A DNA stretch of 64,000 bases from NCBI RefSeq assembly GCF_009914755.1, contig NC_060935.1; one strand, written 5' to 3'. Below the pieces are notes generated by a model. It saw only the letters and a program-made list of their open reading frames with translations, searched no databases and had not been told where the DNA came from. Origin of the DNA: the human T2T-CHM13v2.0 reference genome, Homo sapiens. Made by a program: the position numbers and the translations under genes. Below, in pieces: positions 1 to 15,295 of this stretch (its first letter is position 1; every line of letters starts with the position of its first letter).

Positions 1-88
1 GAGATTGCAGTGAGCTGAGATCGAGCCATTGCACTCCAGGCCGAGTGATAGAGTGAGACTCTGTCTCAAAACAAAAAAACAAAAAGCA
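1..88 (+). mobile_element. Alu 3' end
   Basis: gcagtgagctgagatc...ctgtctcaaaa tail. Confidence 0.9.
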
Positions 89-742
89 AATAATTCAGGC
101 CCTTTGCTTTTGTCTATATGTAGGTATGCTGCCTATTATTTACCTGAGAAGCAAAACAAACTGGATATTCCAACTGAAAATGTGACTGTTATGACTCATA
201 ATTCCTGCTGGATTTCAAATCCTATTGTCTTATGATTACCTCATTGGAGTTGTGTGAATCACCTTGTCTTCCGTGCGTTGACTAACTAGAAAGAACCTCC
301 TGGTTTCTCCTGAGAGATTGCTTTCTTTTTGTTGTGGTCACCATCACCATGACACTGCAATAGGGCGATCACATTCCAGAGCAGTGGATGGTGTACTAAG
401 CCAGGAGCCTGAATTAGGGATAGCATAATTCCATCCTATTCCTTAAATATTAGGTGAGCAGCTACTCAGTGTAATGCTCAGTATAGTACTCCATGGTCTT
501 TTAAAACTTTGCAACCTGGCAGAGGAGTAGAAAATGTAAGGGAACAGCTGAAAAAATGGGCCAAGATAAAAGGTTTAATCTTCAAACTTTCAGTGTTAAT
601 CAAGCCCCTCTTAAATTGAGATGAGGACTGACCTAAACACAATTATTTTCCCTTTTTGGGATAGGAAATCCTAAGACAGTTCCCAGGGCTTGAGGCTATC
701 ACTAAGAGCTACTTAAGAGTTTCTGAACTATAAGATCTGGCG

Positions 743-919
743 TAATTAGCCAGGCGTGGTGGCTGCCAGGGCCTGTAGTCTCAGCTAATGGTGTGTGTTG
801 TGGGGAGTGAGAGGATAAGGAGGGAGGATGGAATTGTTTGAGCCAGGGAGTTCGAGGCTGCAGTGAGCTATGGTTGGGGGCCCCTGCACTCCAGCCTGGG
901 CGACAGAGTTGAGACCCAA
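743..919 (+). mobile_element. AluJ right arm / FRAM
   Basis: aattagccaggcgtggtgg...gcactccagcctgggcgacagag, with an internal G/T-rich insertion. Confidence 0.8.
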
Positions 920-2761
920 GATCCAGTCTACATCCCTCAAATTTTTCATGATGCCCAATGTTTTCCTTTGTAAGCAGGGCTTAGATTCCAAATAGATTCC
1001 ACTAAAACTGTGAATGAGAAACAAGGCAAAGTCTTGTTCTCCTTCTCCAGTGTGTTCCCCTCAATGCTCTAAGAGCATTATTTGTTAATGGAACATCATG
1101 TTTGGGTACAAGGGGAGGCGAAGGGAAGAGGGAAGGAAGGAGAAGGCAAGGAGGATGACTAAAGGTACTTCAGTGGTTCAGAAAGAGGTAGAAGATTTAC
1201 CTGTTGGCTACTGCCTTGTTAGCCTACTAGATGCAGATGCTGTTTGTGGGCAGGAAAAGCTTGTCATCTTGCAAAGGTGCACAGGAGGCAAGACTTTTTT
1301 TTCCCTATGTCCTTTCTGTATTTTCTGTTAACACCAGATGCACACCAGAGATGTTCTAGGCAGGTTAAAAGTGGCTTGGGATTATATCTGATTAGCAAAG
1401 AGTTAATGAATTTATGGCAAAATTCTGAGTGAATTAAAAAAGAAAGTCAGCTGCAGCATAAGCTTCCTAAGCCACTTATGCAGGATGCTTAAGGACAGTC
1501 TAACCTGTTAGAGAATCATTACAAGGTATATACCACTCTATCCCTTTCCTTACCTCTTGTAAGCTTCTGTGGCATAATGAGACTTCATGTTTATTTTAGT
1601 GTATATATTTGTTGGAGTTACTAATAAAATAAGAAATTAAAAGAGAACATTTTTTAAAAATTCAGATACGTTTGAATAGACAAAAGAAAGAGGCATTTGT
1701 TTAGGGATTAGAGGTAGGTGGATGGGGGTGTGTATGCCCCCACATACTCATTTGTGGAATTTGTGATGCATTTTTAAGGAGGAACAGTCCTGGTAACCAT
1801 TAAGAAATATTTCTGCCAGACACATTTGTTTTCCTAGAGTGTTCTTAGGACAGTATTCTGAGAATATTTCAGTCTGCTTCCACTTAGCACTTGAAATACA
1901 CAAATCCTGAACAGAAAAGGTTCACATTGCGTAGTCCCCTGCCTGAAAAATAATCATATCCAGTTTTCACTGGAGTTTCTGGGAAAGCTGAAAATTTCAC
2001 TTCTACAACTCAAGTTTTACCCAGAATCAAATACAGAAACCTTATAAAGAAACATGAATTTAAAAAATTAACTATATTGTGTTATTTCCTCTATTCCCTT
2101 CCCCCTCCCTCCATGTAAATAAAATTGGTAACATCACAAACAGTAGTTATTCTTTTGGTAAATATGATTCATGTCTATAGCAGCCCCTTGTGAAATGTTA
2201 TTTCATACTATCTAATTCTCATGGCTGCCTGAGGCTGGTGGTTGAGAGATGATTATCCTTATACATGGAATGTTAGATGAAATCTGGTATCACTCTGGCC
2301 ACTAATATAAATGTGTACTGATGCTGTCCGAAAATGGATGGTCTACCTCACATGGCTTTCATGATCTGTAAGATAATCCTTACTGTTCCTATCATTGTGT
2401 GTCTGTGAATGTTTTCTCTGTCTCTGTCTGCTAAGTCAAAGGCTATATACATTTTATATATATGTTCATGTATTTATGTATAGATCTTTTGTGTCTACAT
2501 ATCTATGTAGATCTATGATTTTTTGCCTCAAATTCTTGAATTTTATATCCATTCTTTAGGAATCAAATCTGATGGCTTATTGTTTATGTATACATATTTG
2601 TTTTTTATTGAGTATAGACTGCTTGTCTTCCTTTTGTCCACCAAATTAATATCCTACAAATAGATGAGTTGTTTAACAGTCATTGTTATTGAAAATTAAT
2701 TTTCAGTATCTTGTTGATAGTGACTGCAATCATAAGCGTCACTCTCTCCAACCCAAAATAG

Positions 2762-3000
2762 TACTGCCATCTGTCTGTATAATCAGAGGACTGGCCCCAG
2801 GACCCCTGCAAATCCCCAATCCCCACATACTCAAGTTCAGCAATCCACCCTGTAGAACCCCCATAGATGAAAAGTTTACCCTGCGTATATCAGGATTTCC
2901 CATCCCAGGAATATTGTGTTTTCAGTCTGTTCTTGGTTGAAAAGAATCTCATATAAATGGATCAGCGCAGTTCAAACCCCGGTTGTTGAAGGGGAAACTG
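2762..3000 (-). mobile_element. MER8-like Tigger MITE
   Basis: Right end gcgcagttcaaac...gttgaaggggaaactg|ta matches the reverse complement of the recalled MER8 terminus; about 240 bp. Confidence 0.7.
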
Positions 3001-3668
3001 TATGTGGATTTTGACAAAAGTGTCCTGGATCTTTATAGCCTTTCTGTGTAGAAATATGTTTTGCTCTTCTTGTACCTTGTAACATGATACCATCTGGCTT
3101 TTACTAGAGTGTCGTTTATGGCCGTGGTGGAAGCTCTTAGTCTAACATTGGGTCAAGAATAGGCATGGAAACTCCCAGACATGGCAAGGCCATCTTTGAG
3201 ATTTCTGGTAGGATAAGGAGGTGGAGCTTCTACTCTTCTTGGGAAAATTCTTTCAGCTAGTTCTCCTCTCCCCTCTTGCCAGTGGTTGGGGGAAGCAGGA
3301 CACCTCTTCTCCCCAAGGGGAAATGGAGCAATTTTTTTTTTATTATAAAAGACCAGATTCCTTGGAACATATCCTCGTGGAGAAAAAAATAACTCTATCT
3401 ATTAGATAAGTAAAATAAATTCTGTTCTAATATATAAACAGCCATATTCTAATAGGTCAGAACTATTTTTCTCTATTTTACAGATGAGAAAGGGTAGACT
3501 CAAAGAAGTTAAATTTCTTACTCAAGTTTACATAGCTATTATGTATTATTGCAATTTTTGTAGGTAAAATTGAAAAAGGTTATATGACAAGCTCATATCA
3601 TTCAACCTAATAGAAAATCCAGGGCTGCAGTGCATGGACTCTATCTCCCACCCTAGAGTCTTATCTTA

Positions 3669-4114
3669 TGTTGAAGTGAACTAAATATGGCCTGAGAAGG
3701 ACTCTGTACTTCTATATTTGAGTCCTTGTGGAGAACCATAACCTAGCTTAATAGGCAGACAAAACTGAAAACTAAACTTAGGAGTATGCACCTGTAACAA
3801 TAGCTGAGTGTTGGTCAATCCCAGCAGCCATACTTCAACCACTCATAGACTGCTGAGTGTTCAAACTGCGTTCAAATATGGCAAACACTGAGCTGTAACC
3901 AATCTCACTGTTTCCGTACCTCATTTCCGATCCCTGTACGTCACTTTACTTTTTTTAATCTATAAATTTGTTCTGACCACGATATACCCCAGGAGTCTCT
4001 CTGACTCTGCTGTAATTCTGAAGGCTACCCTATTCACAAATTGTTTCCTTTTTTTTTTTTTTTTGCTCAACTAAACTCCATCAAATTTGACTTGTCTCAA
4101 GTTTCCTTTTAACA
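3669..4114 (+). mobile_element. MER57-type ERV1 solo LTR
   Basis: TG...CA ends, 4-bp TSD CTTA on both sides, ctaaatatggcctgagaaggactctgtac signature. Confidence 0.88.
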
Positions 4115-5516
4115 CTTACATACCACTGTTTCTTACTTGGATCTTTAATGATGACTTGAATTGTTTTAATTTAAATGTTACTTAATATGTACAAACAAAA
4201 AATTAGGTACAAACTTCTGATTCATGTAGCTTTATTAAACTATATGGGCAATAATGTTTTTAAACTTAAAAATTAAAAAAAGAAAACTAAATAACCTAAA
4301 AATCTATTTACCAATATGTATGTCATGAAACAGAGGGTATAGTGTTGCTGAAAGAAAACAATGAACTAGGTTTTTAAAAAAATCAGCCATTGGTTACTTT
4401 AATGAAATATTCATTTTAATACTGTATCCTCCCGATGCAACGCTAATGAATAAAACACACTGTTTTCAGAATTTTTTTAACTGCATACTTACTACTATAC
4501 ATAGTAGTCATGAACTGTTGAACTTCTGTGTACAGAAGTGAAATTTATGTAACCTATCTACTCATTTATGACAATATGCCTTTTATAGTATTTGCTGTGT
4601 GATGACTCAATTCTTCTACCAGTTATCTCTATCTGACTACTTGTAAAACTTTCTCTCACTTCATGCCTCCACTTGGATTGAAACCATCATTCATATATTA
4701 CATTTGCTTCTTGTGTTTTTTTCTCATTGGTTTATAACAATCAAAGTAGTTCATGACTCCACTGTATCATATCATTTTCATACAAGCAAATGGAAGTCTC
4801 AATGGATTAACTTTTCTATAAAACTAAAGTTTTTTTCTATGAAATTGCCTTTAATTTTGAATTTTCACTTCAATGAAATAAGTTTGATTTTGGTAAAAGA
4901 ATGAAACATCAGTACTACTTTGAACACAGTTAACTGTCATTTTAAAATCAAGACATAAAAGCAACCACAGATGCTTGCCAAGAAATTAAAAATTCAATGC
5001 TAAACATGTAGTTCTAACAACAAAGAGGACTAAGATAACACAGAATCTTCTCTCGTAAACCTCAAAATGCTGGATGCAATGTAGCTGTTTAGAGGTACAA
5101 TATAATTATATGTAACTACATAGAGAAAGGAAACTCCCCATACCAGAAATGGAAAAAAGATGTGAAAGCCTTGTGGTAAGCACACAGACTGACTCTGCAA
5201 TTTTACACTTAGAAATTAACAATGCTATTTAAGACCATAGGTCTTAAGCCTATGCAGGGACACTGAGAGCGATGTGCCTGTGTGAAAGAATGACTAGAAG
5301 AACTCTCCCCATAGTCTCAGGGAGACTCAAAGGAAACATGTCAATGCCTAGGTTTTTGGGCAGAAAACAACATAAGCTCTTTCAAGAAATTAAAACCCCA
5401 GGTACTCCATGGACAGATGTGGAATTTCCTGTATTGTCCAGAAACTCCCCGAGTCACAAAGTTAATGTAAACCTCAACTTGACAGTATGCCAGAAGCAAA
5501 AATTAAATAAACAAAT

Positions 5517-6201
<685 letters not shown>

Positions 6202-6229
6202 AAATAAATAAATAAACAAACAAATAAGC

Positions 6230-7110
6230 TACTTTACAGGGTACTTCCAAACCCAAGGCTACAAAGAAAAAATGATCCCCAGTGAAATGACAAAATACAG
6301 GAGGAAATAATCCACCATGTGTGAAAGTTATCAGATTCAATAAACAGCAGTTATATACTCCCTCCCAAGCACTTCAGCTTATAGCACTATAAAATAAGTA
6401 TGTTTAAAACAAGAGATAAGAAAGAATAGGAATTACAGGAAAATAAGATCAAAGTCCTACTTTTAAAAAATAAAATTTCTAAAAATTAAAATAAAAAAAT
6501 ACAGCTACACTAATTCTTAAATAGACAATTCATGACCTGAAATTTAGATCTAAGGAAATATATACAAATGTGACTCTCAAAAGCTTGAGAAATGGAAAAT
6601 ATGAAAGATAGTTTAAGAGATATGGAAGAAAGAAGAAAAATGTCCAGTGCCTATCTAATAGGAATTTCCAAAGGAGAGAATGAAGAGTGGGAGAGGCAGT
6701 ATTTCAAATGATAATGTCTGAGAATTTTCTTAAATTAATGAAAGACATGAATCTTCAGGATAACTAATGATGGAACACCTCAAATGAAAAGAAAATATTA
6801 AGACACCCAAAGATTTTTAAAACTTAAACTAAAAGAGAACATTAGTTAAAATGACAATAGACTTTTCAACAGAAATTATCAAATTCAGAGTCAATGGAAT
6901 AAAAGTTGCAAAACTGTCAACTTAGAATTCTATCCCCAACTAAATTATCATTCAATTGTCAAAATAAAATAAGGCAAAATAAAAATATTTTAATACAAAA
7001 CAGAGAAGATTTACCACTCACATTCCTTGCTAAAAGAGCTAAAGAAGGATTTACTTTAGGCAGAAACAATTTGAACAAAAAGGGAAGGATGAAGGCAAAG
7101 AGGGGTTGAG
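6230..7110 (+). mobile_element. Old L1 (L1ME-like) ORF1 relic
   Basis: A-rich; ataggaatttccaaaggagagaatg...tgagaattttct, tcaacttagaattctatcccc ORF1-type motifs. Confidence 0.6.
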
Positions 7111-7199
7111 TGATCAAGGAGAAGGAAGATACTGGTTTTGACTTCTTGCCTCATTTCTTCCCCATTCCAGAAGGGCTTCTATGTTCCTTTCTATTCTTA

Positions 7200-7337
7200 T
7201 TTTTTTCTATTTTTAATTTTTTTTGTAGAAACAGGATCTTACGATGTTGCCCAGGCTGGTCTCAAACTCCTGGGCTCAAGCAATCCTCCCACCTCCCAAA
7301 GTGCTGAGATGACAGGCACGAGCCACTGCACCTGGCC
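7200..7337 (-). mobile_element. FLAM/Alu left monomer
   Basis: gttgcccaggctggtctcaaactcctgggctcaagc...cctggcc. Confidence 0.85.
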
Positions 7338-9022
7338 TGTCCCTTTCTATTCTTATGGTTACTTGCCCTCTATCATCTCTTCTTCATTCTGTGGAACTTC
7401 CTTCTGGTTAGTATCTTCTTCCCTGGGCACCATCAGGCTCAGCATGAATTATAGTAGGGTACTGTGAAACATAATAAATGAGGGGAATAAGAAATAGCCC
7501 GAAGAATATTTTCAAAATATTTTTGATGTAATGATTATATTAATATCATTAGATTATCACTGGAATGAAAATATGAAATTTTAAAGTCCTATGTCCAATG
7601 GTTCAAGGCCACCAATTTGAAAGACCTGCTCAATAACATTTGGCCTCTTCTCTCACAGTTGTTTTAATTTTTTCTTAGCACCAGGCTCATTTTTTATCAT
7701 GGTTAAAGGCTTTTCCCAATCAAACAGGCCAACATGTGTTCATTGTTTTGTAAAAAAGTTTTTCATTTGAGGTGGGGCTTGTGTGTTGAAGATGTGTCTG
7801 TGGTGCAATTGGCATTATTGTTAAAGGCAGACTTCTCCAAGAATCAACATAACTCCGTCTAGCATGCTCTCTGGGTGCAGCATTGATATTGGCATGCACA
7901 CCCACAGAGAGCTCATTTGCCAGGTCCTCCCTGTTCAATCATGTTGTAAACACCAGTGCTTAAGCAGTAGTGAAGTTATTGCCTGGCTAAACAGAAACTC
8001 TCACTCTTCAATAATTGATTCTTTTAGATTCATTTGAACAGTTTGGGAAGGAAGGACCTCAACTTCCATATCTCTGCCTCCATTAAACAGGAAAGGACAC
8101 AGACTTAGATTTAAATTACATGTAAGATTCTGTGGTTTTAGTCTATTCTCTGTCCTTTCCTTGTCTTCTCTTAAGTCACTTTTGTTTTGATACACTGGGT
8201 GGGGAATTGGCAATTCACCTTAACTCACAGTGAGTAATGGAAACACTGCGAATCTAGATAAGCTTTCAAAGGTAGGTTACCCAATTGAGCATACTTTAGT
8301 GTTTCTATAGGGGCTTTTTTCCTAAAAAGCCACTTTTCATGACGTAGCATAGACTTCCTGGCTTGATCTGATAAAACATATTCGGTGAGATAAATGTCAT
8401 GGTTTCTCTCTTACAAAAAGGAAGACAAGTAGGTACGGAGAAATTAGGGGCAGCAATAGCATTGAGAGGATAAGTCATCATCTGTATTATAGGTAATCAG
8501 AAAGACCCCAGGCCCACAATTTCTTCTCCAATGGCCCTGCTTAGGTGGTAAATGGGGTAAAGTCAAGAGAAAGTAACTTACAAAGGGTATTATTAAAACA
8601 GTGGACTTATTAAAACATGCAGCAACGGAGTTCTTATTGAAGAGTGGGTTGAATACATGCTTTTACCTTTACTCTCTTCTAAAGCACCACTAAGATTACA
8701 GTAAGGACTTTAACAAGGCAAAAATCCACAAGGACAAATTAAACAGAAAAAAATATGGGGGAAAAAACCTTTGGAAGCCGGAAAGCAAATGGGCTAGTGT
8801 AGATGAACTTAGCAGAACCCAGAAAAAAGTAAAACCTAAGAAGTAGTGGAAGGCAAGAAGCAAGTTGCTTCACCCTACAGAGCTCAGAAAGCCTGGAATT
8901 GGAGGTGCTGGGCATCAGTAAGATCATGATGTAGATAAGGTTAATACAAGGTTAGTTGAAAGCCTATGTAAGAAGCAATTAAATCACTGGGTCAACTCTC
9001 TGACTCTTCAGAGATAGAATCA

Positions 9023-9324
<302 letters not shown>

Positions 9325-9541
9325 AAAATGAGCAAGGTGATGGAAGAACTAAGTGTAAAGCCGCATACCTAATGGTGAGACTCCCAGCTTGCTCTGGGAA
9401 TACTGGTAGTCAGATGATAACCTCCAGGCAGGAGAGTGGATAATTTTTCGCAGTGAAAATTGACTACCCCATGAGAAAAAAAAGATGAATTTGAAATGCT
9501 TGTTTGGAGCCCCAACAAAATCTTAGCCAGCTCACACTAGA

Positions 9542-9760
9542 GTGGTGGTTCTCAATTGGGACGACTTGGTCTTCCCTCCCACTAGGCATCTGACAATGCC
9601 TAGTGACATTTTTTAGTTACAATGAAGGAGGGATGCTATTATCATCTAAGGGGCGGTGGTCAGGGATGCTGCTAATCATCTTACAGTGCACTGGACAGCC
9701 TCCCACAACAAAGAATTATCTAGTTCATAGTATCAATAGCGCCGCTATTGAGCAACTCTG
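9542..9760 (+). mobile_element. MER20 (hAT-Charlie MITE)
   Basis: gtggttctcaa...gtcagggatgctgctaa...cccacaacaaagaattatc...ttgagcaactctg; about 220 bp. Confidence 0.82.
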
Positions 9761-9883
9761 CTCTACAGCAAAGTCCACCAGTTGAAAAGCACAGCCACGA
9801 CTCACAGGATCAAATCAACTTTTTGATGCCTTATTCTTAAAAATGAAGAAACAGCCAAAGAACACTAAACACTCGGAATCTGA

Positions 9884-10496
<613 letters not shown>

Positions 10497-10742
10497 AGAA
10501 AGACAGACATCTTAACAATCATAGACAAAAAAGGGAAATGTAATGAAGAAGGATAAAATACACATGTTGTGTTTTATATATGTAAATATACATATGCATA
10601 TATATACATTAAATCCTCTTTAAAAATCTTTAAAGTACATTCAAGAAGCAGGAATAAGAGGCTATAAAAAGGAATGTGTATAGAACAGAAGAAACAGAAT
10701 CCTAGGAAAATGATATGTAAAATAAATTCAATAAAGTGTTGA

Positions 10743-11037
10743 AGCCAGGTGTGGTGACTCATTCCTATAATCCCCGAGACTAGGGAGGCTGAGGCAGAAG
10801 GATTGCTTGAGACTAGGAGTTGGAGAACAGCCTGGGCAATATGCAAGACCCCCATCTCTACAAAAATTTAAAAAAGTATATTAGCTGAGTTTGGTGGTAC
10901 ATGTCTGTAGTCCTAGCTACTTGAAAGACTGAAGCAGGAGGATCTGCTTGAGCCCAGGAGTTTGAGGTGGCAGCAAGCTGTGATCACACCACTGCACTCC
11001 AGCCTGGGTGACTGAGTGAAACCCAGACTCATAAAAA
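10743..11037 (+). mobile_element. AluJ
   Basis: Diverged full dimer. Confidence 0.88.
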
Positions 11038-11698
11038 GGGTTGGTCGGGGGGCGGGGGTTGAAAGATCAAGTTGAAGTAATTGTTCATAAACTAGAACAA
11101 AAGGGCAAACAGATGGAAAACTGGAGAGATTAAAAAAATACATAGGATATGTTGCAATCCAAAACTCAACAATAAAATTCTAGATCAAGAGAACAGATAA
11201 AATGAAGGTGAAGAAATTATCAAAGAAACAATATAAGAAAATTTTCTGCAAGTGAAAGACAACAGTTTCTTGACTAAAGGGGGTGACCACAAGTGATGAA
11301 GAAGATCCATATTAAAGCACATTAATGTGAATGTTTCCAATTTGGTGATTAGGAGAAAATAAGTAAGTAAATAAGTAGAGATAAAGAGAAATACATCATA
11401 TACAATGGATTGGGAATGGAATGACATCATATTTCTTAAGAGCAACACTGGAAGGTAAAATACTATGGAGTTGAATGTATTTGAGCAATACGTTCAAATC
11501 TCTGAGGAAAGTGGTTTTCAGCGTAGAATTCTGTGCCTAGCCAGATAACCAAAGAAGTGTGAGATTGTGATGAAGACATTTTAGAATAGCCAGGTCTAGC
11601 ATACATGTAACCAGAGTTCTTGAAAGATATATTAATAAATAAAAAACAGGCATATTCCAAGATAATGGCTGATACTTTTCTAGAATTGTTATCATTAT

Positions 11699-13451
11699 GT
11701 TTTTTGAGACAGAGACTCACTCTGTGGCCCAGGCTGGAGTGCAGTGATACAAACACAGCTCACTGCAGCCTTGATCTCCCAGGCTCAAGTGTTCCTCCTG
11801 CCTCAATCTCCTGAGTAACTGGGACCATAGGTGCACACCACTGCCATGAGACCCTTGGGGTTTCACTTAGCCAGCCAGAAACCTCTGTGGTAGGTGGCAC
11901 CTTCTGCCTGAGTATTGCTCACGCCTTCTGGACTCGTAGTGCCCACTTGGTCTGGCCGGCTGTGTTTGGCTCATGCTACTGGTCCAGGTCTCACACCTGC
12001 CCAGGGCTAGCAAGCATTGGGTCCAGCCACTGTGCACCACCAGGCACACAGGCTGCTGCGGTGGGGCAGGCACGTTCAGGAGCTGGCACAGATGCTGGCT
12101 CCGTGCAAGGCTGCGGTTGGACCAGATGTACCGCACATAGCTTCCACTATGGCAACCTGCATTCCGATGAGGGGAACATGGTGGTACATGGAAGCTTGGA
12201 GACACCAGGAAGCACAGAGCCCCAAAGAGCGTGTCACAGCCCTGGCTTGGGTAGCCCCTAGGTCTGGCCTCCCTGAAGGACCACAGCTCTTCTCTCCTTC
12301 TCATCACCCACAAAGCGGTGAGTTGCAGGGGCATATTTCAGTCCTGTTTGTGTTACATACAGTTCTTTCCGTCCTGCCATTTGGCACATCCCAAGTTCTT
12401 GTCCTGTGTCCAAGAAGAATGAGGTGTGTGGACAACTAGAGGGTGAGCAAGGCAGAGAGGAGCTTCACTGAGCAACACAACAGCTCTGGCAAGCTATCCT
12501 GACCAGTGTCCAGCTCTCAGTGGGAAGGAGACCCAGAGTGGGTAGCTTCTTTCTGCAGGCAGGTTGTCCCAGACCAGTCAAGGAGACCCAAATTGGGTAG
12601 CTCCTTCCCACAGCTGGTCCGCCCAACATCTCTGTGAGTCTGGCTGAGTAGGGTTTTTAATGGGCTTCAGAAGGGAGGAACTGACAGCCAGGCCCCCCAT
12701 GCCTCAGGCTGTCCCTGGCTTGAAGGTGGGGCTTCACTAGGACCCACCCCTTTCTGCCCAGGAGCCTGCCTGCCTCCTGCCACCATCAATCATGTCTTCC
12801 ATGGCACCCAGGCTGTTTGTGTGGAGGGGTGCCTGCAGGGTCATGCCAAGCCTCCCTCAGCACTGCCTAGGGCTCCCTCCCATGCTCCTCAGTGCCCAAA
12901 GTCTGGAGAGGGCTGAGGCAGCAGGGGACTGGCATGTCAGCACTCCCAGAGCATGTGCATGCCCAGCTGGGTCGTGACAGCACCTGGGCTTGGCCTCAAC
13001 TTTGCTCTGAAATTGGAGTGGGTGGTGGCAGCAGGGAGAGGCCAGGCAGCTGGAGCAGGCACTTTCAAGCCTGTGGGGGCAGGGGAGGCTTCCTGGGCCC
13101 CTGAGAGAGCAGGGATGCCCGGGTGGGCAGCTGTGGCTGGGAGGCTGCAACTGCACTGGAAGGGTGGGGTTCCCACCCAACCAACTGGAAGGGGGCAGGG
13201 TTCCCACTGGCTCCATGGAGACTGCAGCCTCAGCCAGGCCTCCCAACCCCACACTGCAGCTGGCATCTTCACAGCATATGCTCCAGATAGGCCGATCCTA
13301 CCATCACCACCACACCCAGGTACTTTAAAATGTTTTTTGTAGAAGTGGGGTCTCTCCACATTGCCCAGACTGGTCTCGAACTCCTGGGCTTGAGCAATCA
13401 TTCTGCCTCCCAAAGTGCTGGGACTACAGTCATGAGCCACTGTGCCCAGCC
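11699..13451 (-). mobile_element. AluJ split by an LTR (halves 11699-11841 and 13307-13451)
   Basis: The halves join into one Alu once the LTR is removed; flanking TSD ttttc(t/c)agaatt(g/a)tt. Confidence 0.85.
11842..13306 (-). mobile_element. MER52-type ERV1 solo LTR (1465 bp, GC-rich)
   Basis: TG...CA ends with 4-bp TSD CCAC; minus-strand start tgatggtagg...tctggagc...aagatgccagctgcagtg resembles MER52. Confidence 0.82.
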
Positions 13452-13953
13452 AATTTTCCAGAATTATTTAAAGATACTAAACCTCAGATCCAGGAAAGCT
13501 GGCTAACCCAAAGCAGGGCATACCAAAAATCCCCACAACTATACACCCAATAGTGAAATAACAGAAAAAAAATTAGAAAATCCTAAAAGCAGCTGGAAAA
13601 AAGCCAGATGACTTAACAAAAGAAGACTGTTAAAATGTCAGCAACAATAAAAGCTAGAAAACAATGGCATAATATCCTTAATGTGATAAGAGAAAATTAC
13701 CTTCAACCTAGAATTCTATATCCACCAAAGTATTTTTCAAGAACAAGTTAAAATATTTCAGGCAAACAAAATAGAGAGCTTACCACTCAGAGTTTAGAAA
13801 TCAGAAGAAATTCTAAAAGATGTCTTTTAAGTCAAAGAAAATGATGCCAGAAATAAGCCTGAGAAGTAAGAAGAAATGGTGAATAGAGATAATGATAAAT
13901 ATATGAAGAAATGTAAAGCAACATTAATCACACAAAAACTTAACGTCGAATTA

Positions 13954-14062
13954 GTTATATATATATAACTTTACATATATAATTATATATATATAACTTT
14001 ACATATATAATTATATATAAAATGTTATATATATAATCATGTATGTATAACCTTATATATAA
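13954..14062. repeat. TA-rich simple repeat with a duplicated ttatatatatataactttacatatataa unit
   Basis: Directly visible. Confidence 0.85.
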
Positions 14063-14519
14063 ATGAACATCCTGGGCAATAATAGCATATAAGTTCGGGG
14101 GGAATGATTAGGGCTAGGGTATTTTAAGATCCTTATATTTTTAAAAAGGATGGTAAGGATAGCATTAACTAGAAAGAGAATAATTATAGAAAGTATAGCT
14201 CATAAACTATTAAAGGGAAAAATAACATGGCCAAAAGAAAATAAAAATCCAAAAGAAGACAAGGAATAAGTGAATTAATAATTAAGTAAACATAAATGAA
14301 CCAAACTCTCCAGTTATAAGACAGAGATTGTCACACTGATAAAGAAATTCTAGCTATATGTAGTTTCTAATAAACACACCAAAAATATAAGGGCACAGAA
14401 AGTTTAGAAGTAATAGGATGGAAAATAAACCCTAAACAAATAACAACAACAACAACAAAAGCAAAAATCATTCTCAGAAATAAAGAATATTACATTGTGA
14501 TACAAGGCTTAACCAACTT

Positions 14520-15295
14520 TTGGCTTTTATTTCGACCTTCTATATAGTATACATTGATTTATGTTTAATTGAATTTCATCTTACTTGCTTCTTTTCACCT
14601 TCTTTGGATTTATTATTTTGTTCATTTTCTAGCTTGTCTTTTTTTTTAACTTAAGTTGGATGTTTTGGTCGTGAATTTTCCTACCTTTATCTATTTAAAA
14701 TACAGGTATTTTAAGGCTATAAATGTCTCTCTAAATATTTCTATAATTGAGTCATACAAGTGTTTTCTTTATTATCATCTTTTAAGTAATTTTTAAGTTT
14801 CCATTTTGGTTTCTTTTTGGCCCATGATTATTTTAAAAGTGTGCATGAAAAATTTTCAATCTTGTGGAGCTTTTCTAGTTTGTCATTGATTTCTCATTCA
14901 GTTGCATTGTGGAGAGGTTATATATGATGCTAAATAATTTGGAATTTATTGTAATTCACTTTTTTGCTTGATATATATTTAGTATCTATATGTGTTCACT
15001 CTATGCTTGAAAATAATGAGTATTGTCCAATTGTTATATGGAATATGCTATATATTTATGTCTTAGGTACTTGATTGTGTTGTTCAAATCTTGTATGTAC
15101 TTGTTATTCTTTTTCCTATTTGATACATAAATTAGAAAGAGTGTTGTGTTAAAAAAAATTTCCCATTTTGCTCATTGATTCATTAAATTTTCCTTACCAT
15201 TTTTTGCTTCATATATTTTGAGACTATGGAGCTAAGAACTAAAAGTTTGTAATTATCACTTTTTAAAATGAGTTAGCCACTGAAATTGTCATAAA
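14520..15295 (-). mobile_element. Old L1 ORF2 endonuclease-region fragment
   Basis: T-rich; tttaaggctataaatgtctctct, ttgcttcatatattttgagact are antisense L1 ORF2 motifs. Confidence 0.7.

Noticed and set aside
11867-13440. Cluster of long overlapping ORFs (124-167 aa) on both strands
   Set aside because: All lie in the GC-rich MER52-type LTR or the adjacent Alu; low stop-codon frequency explains them, and there are no domains or splice support
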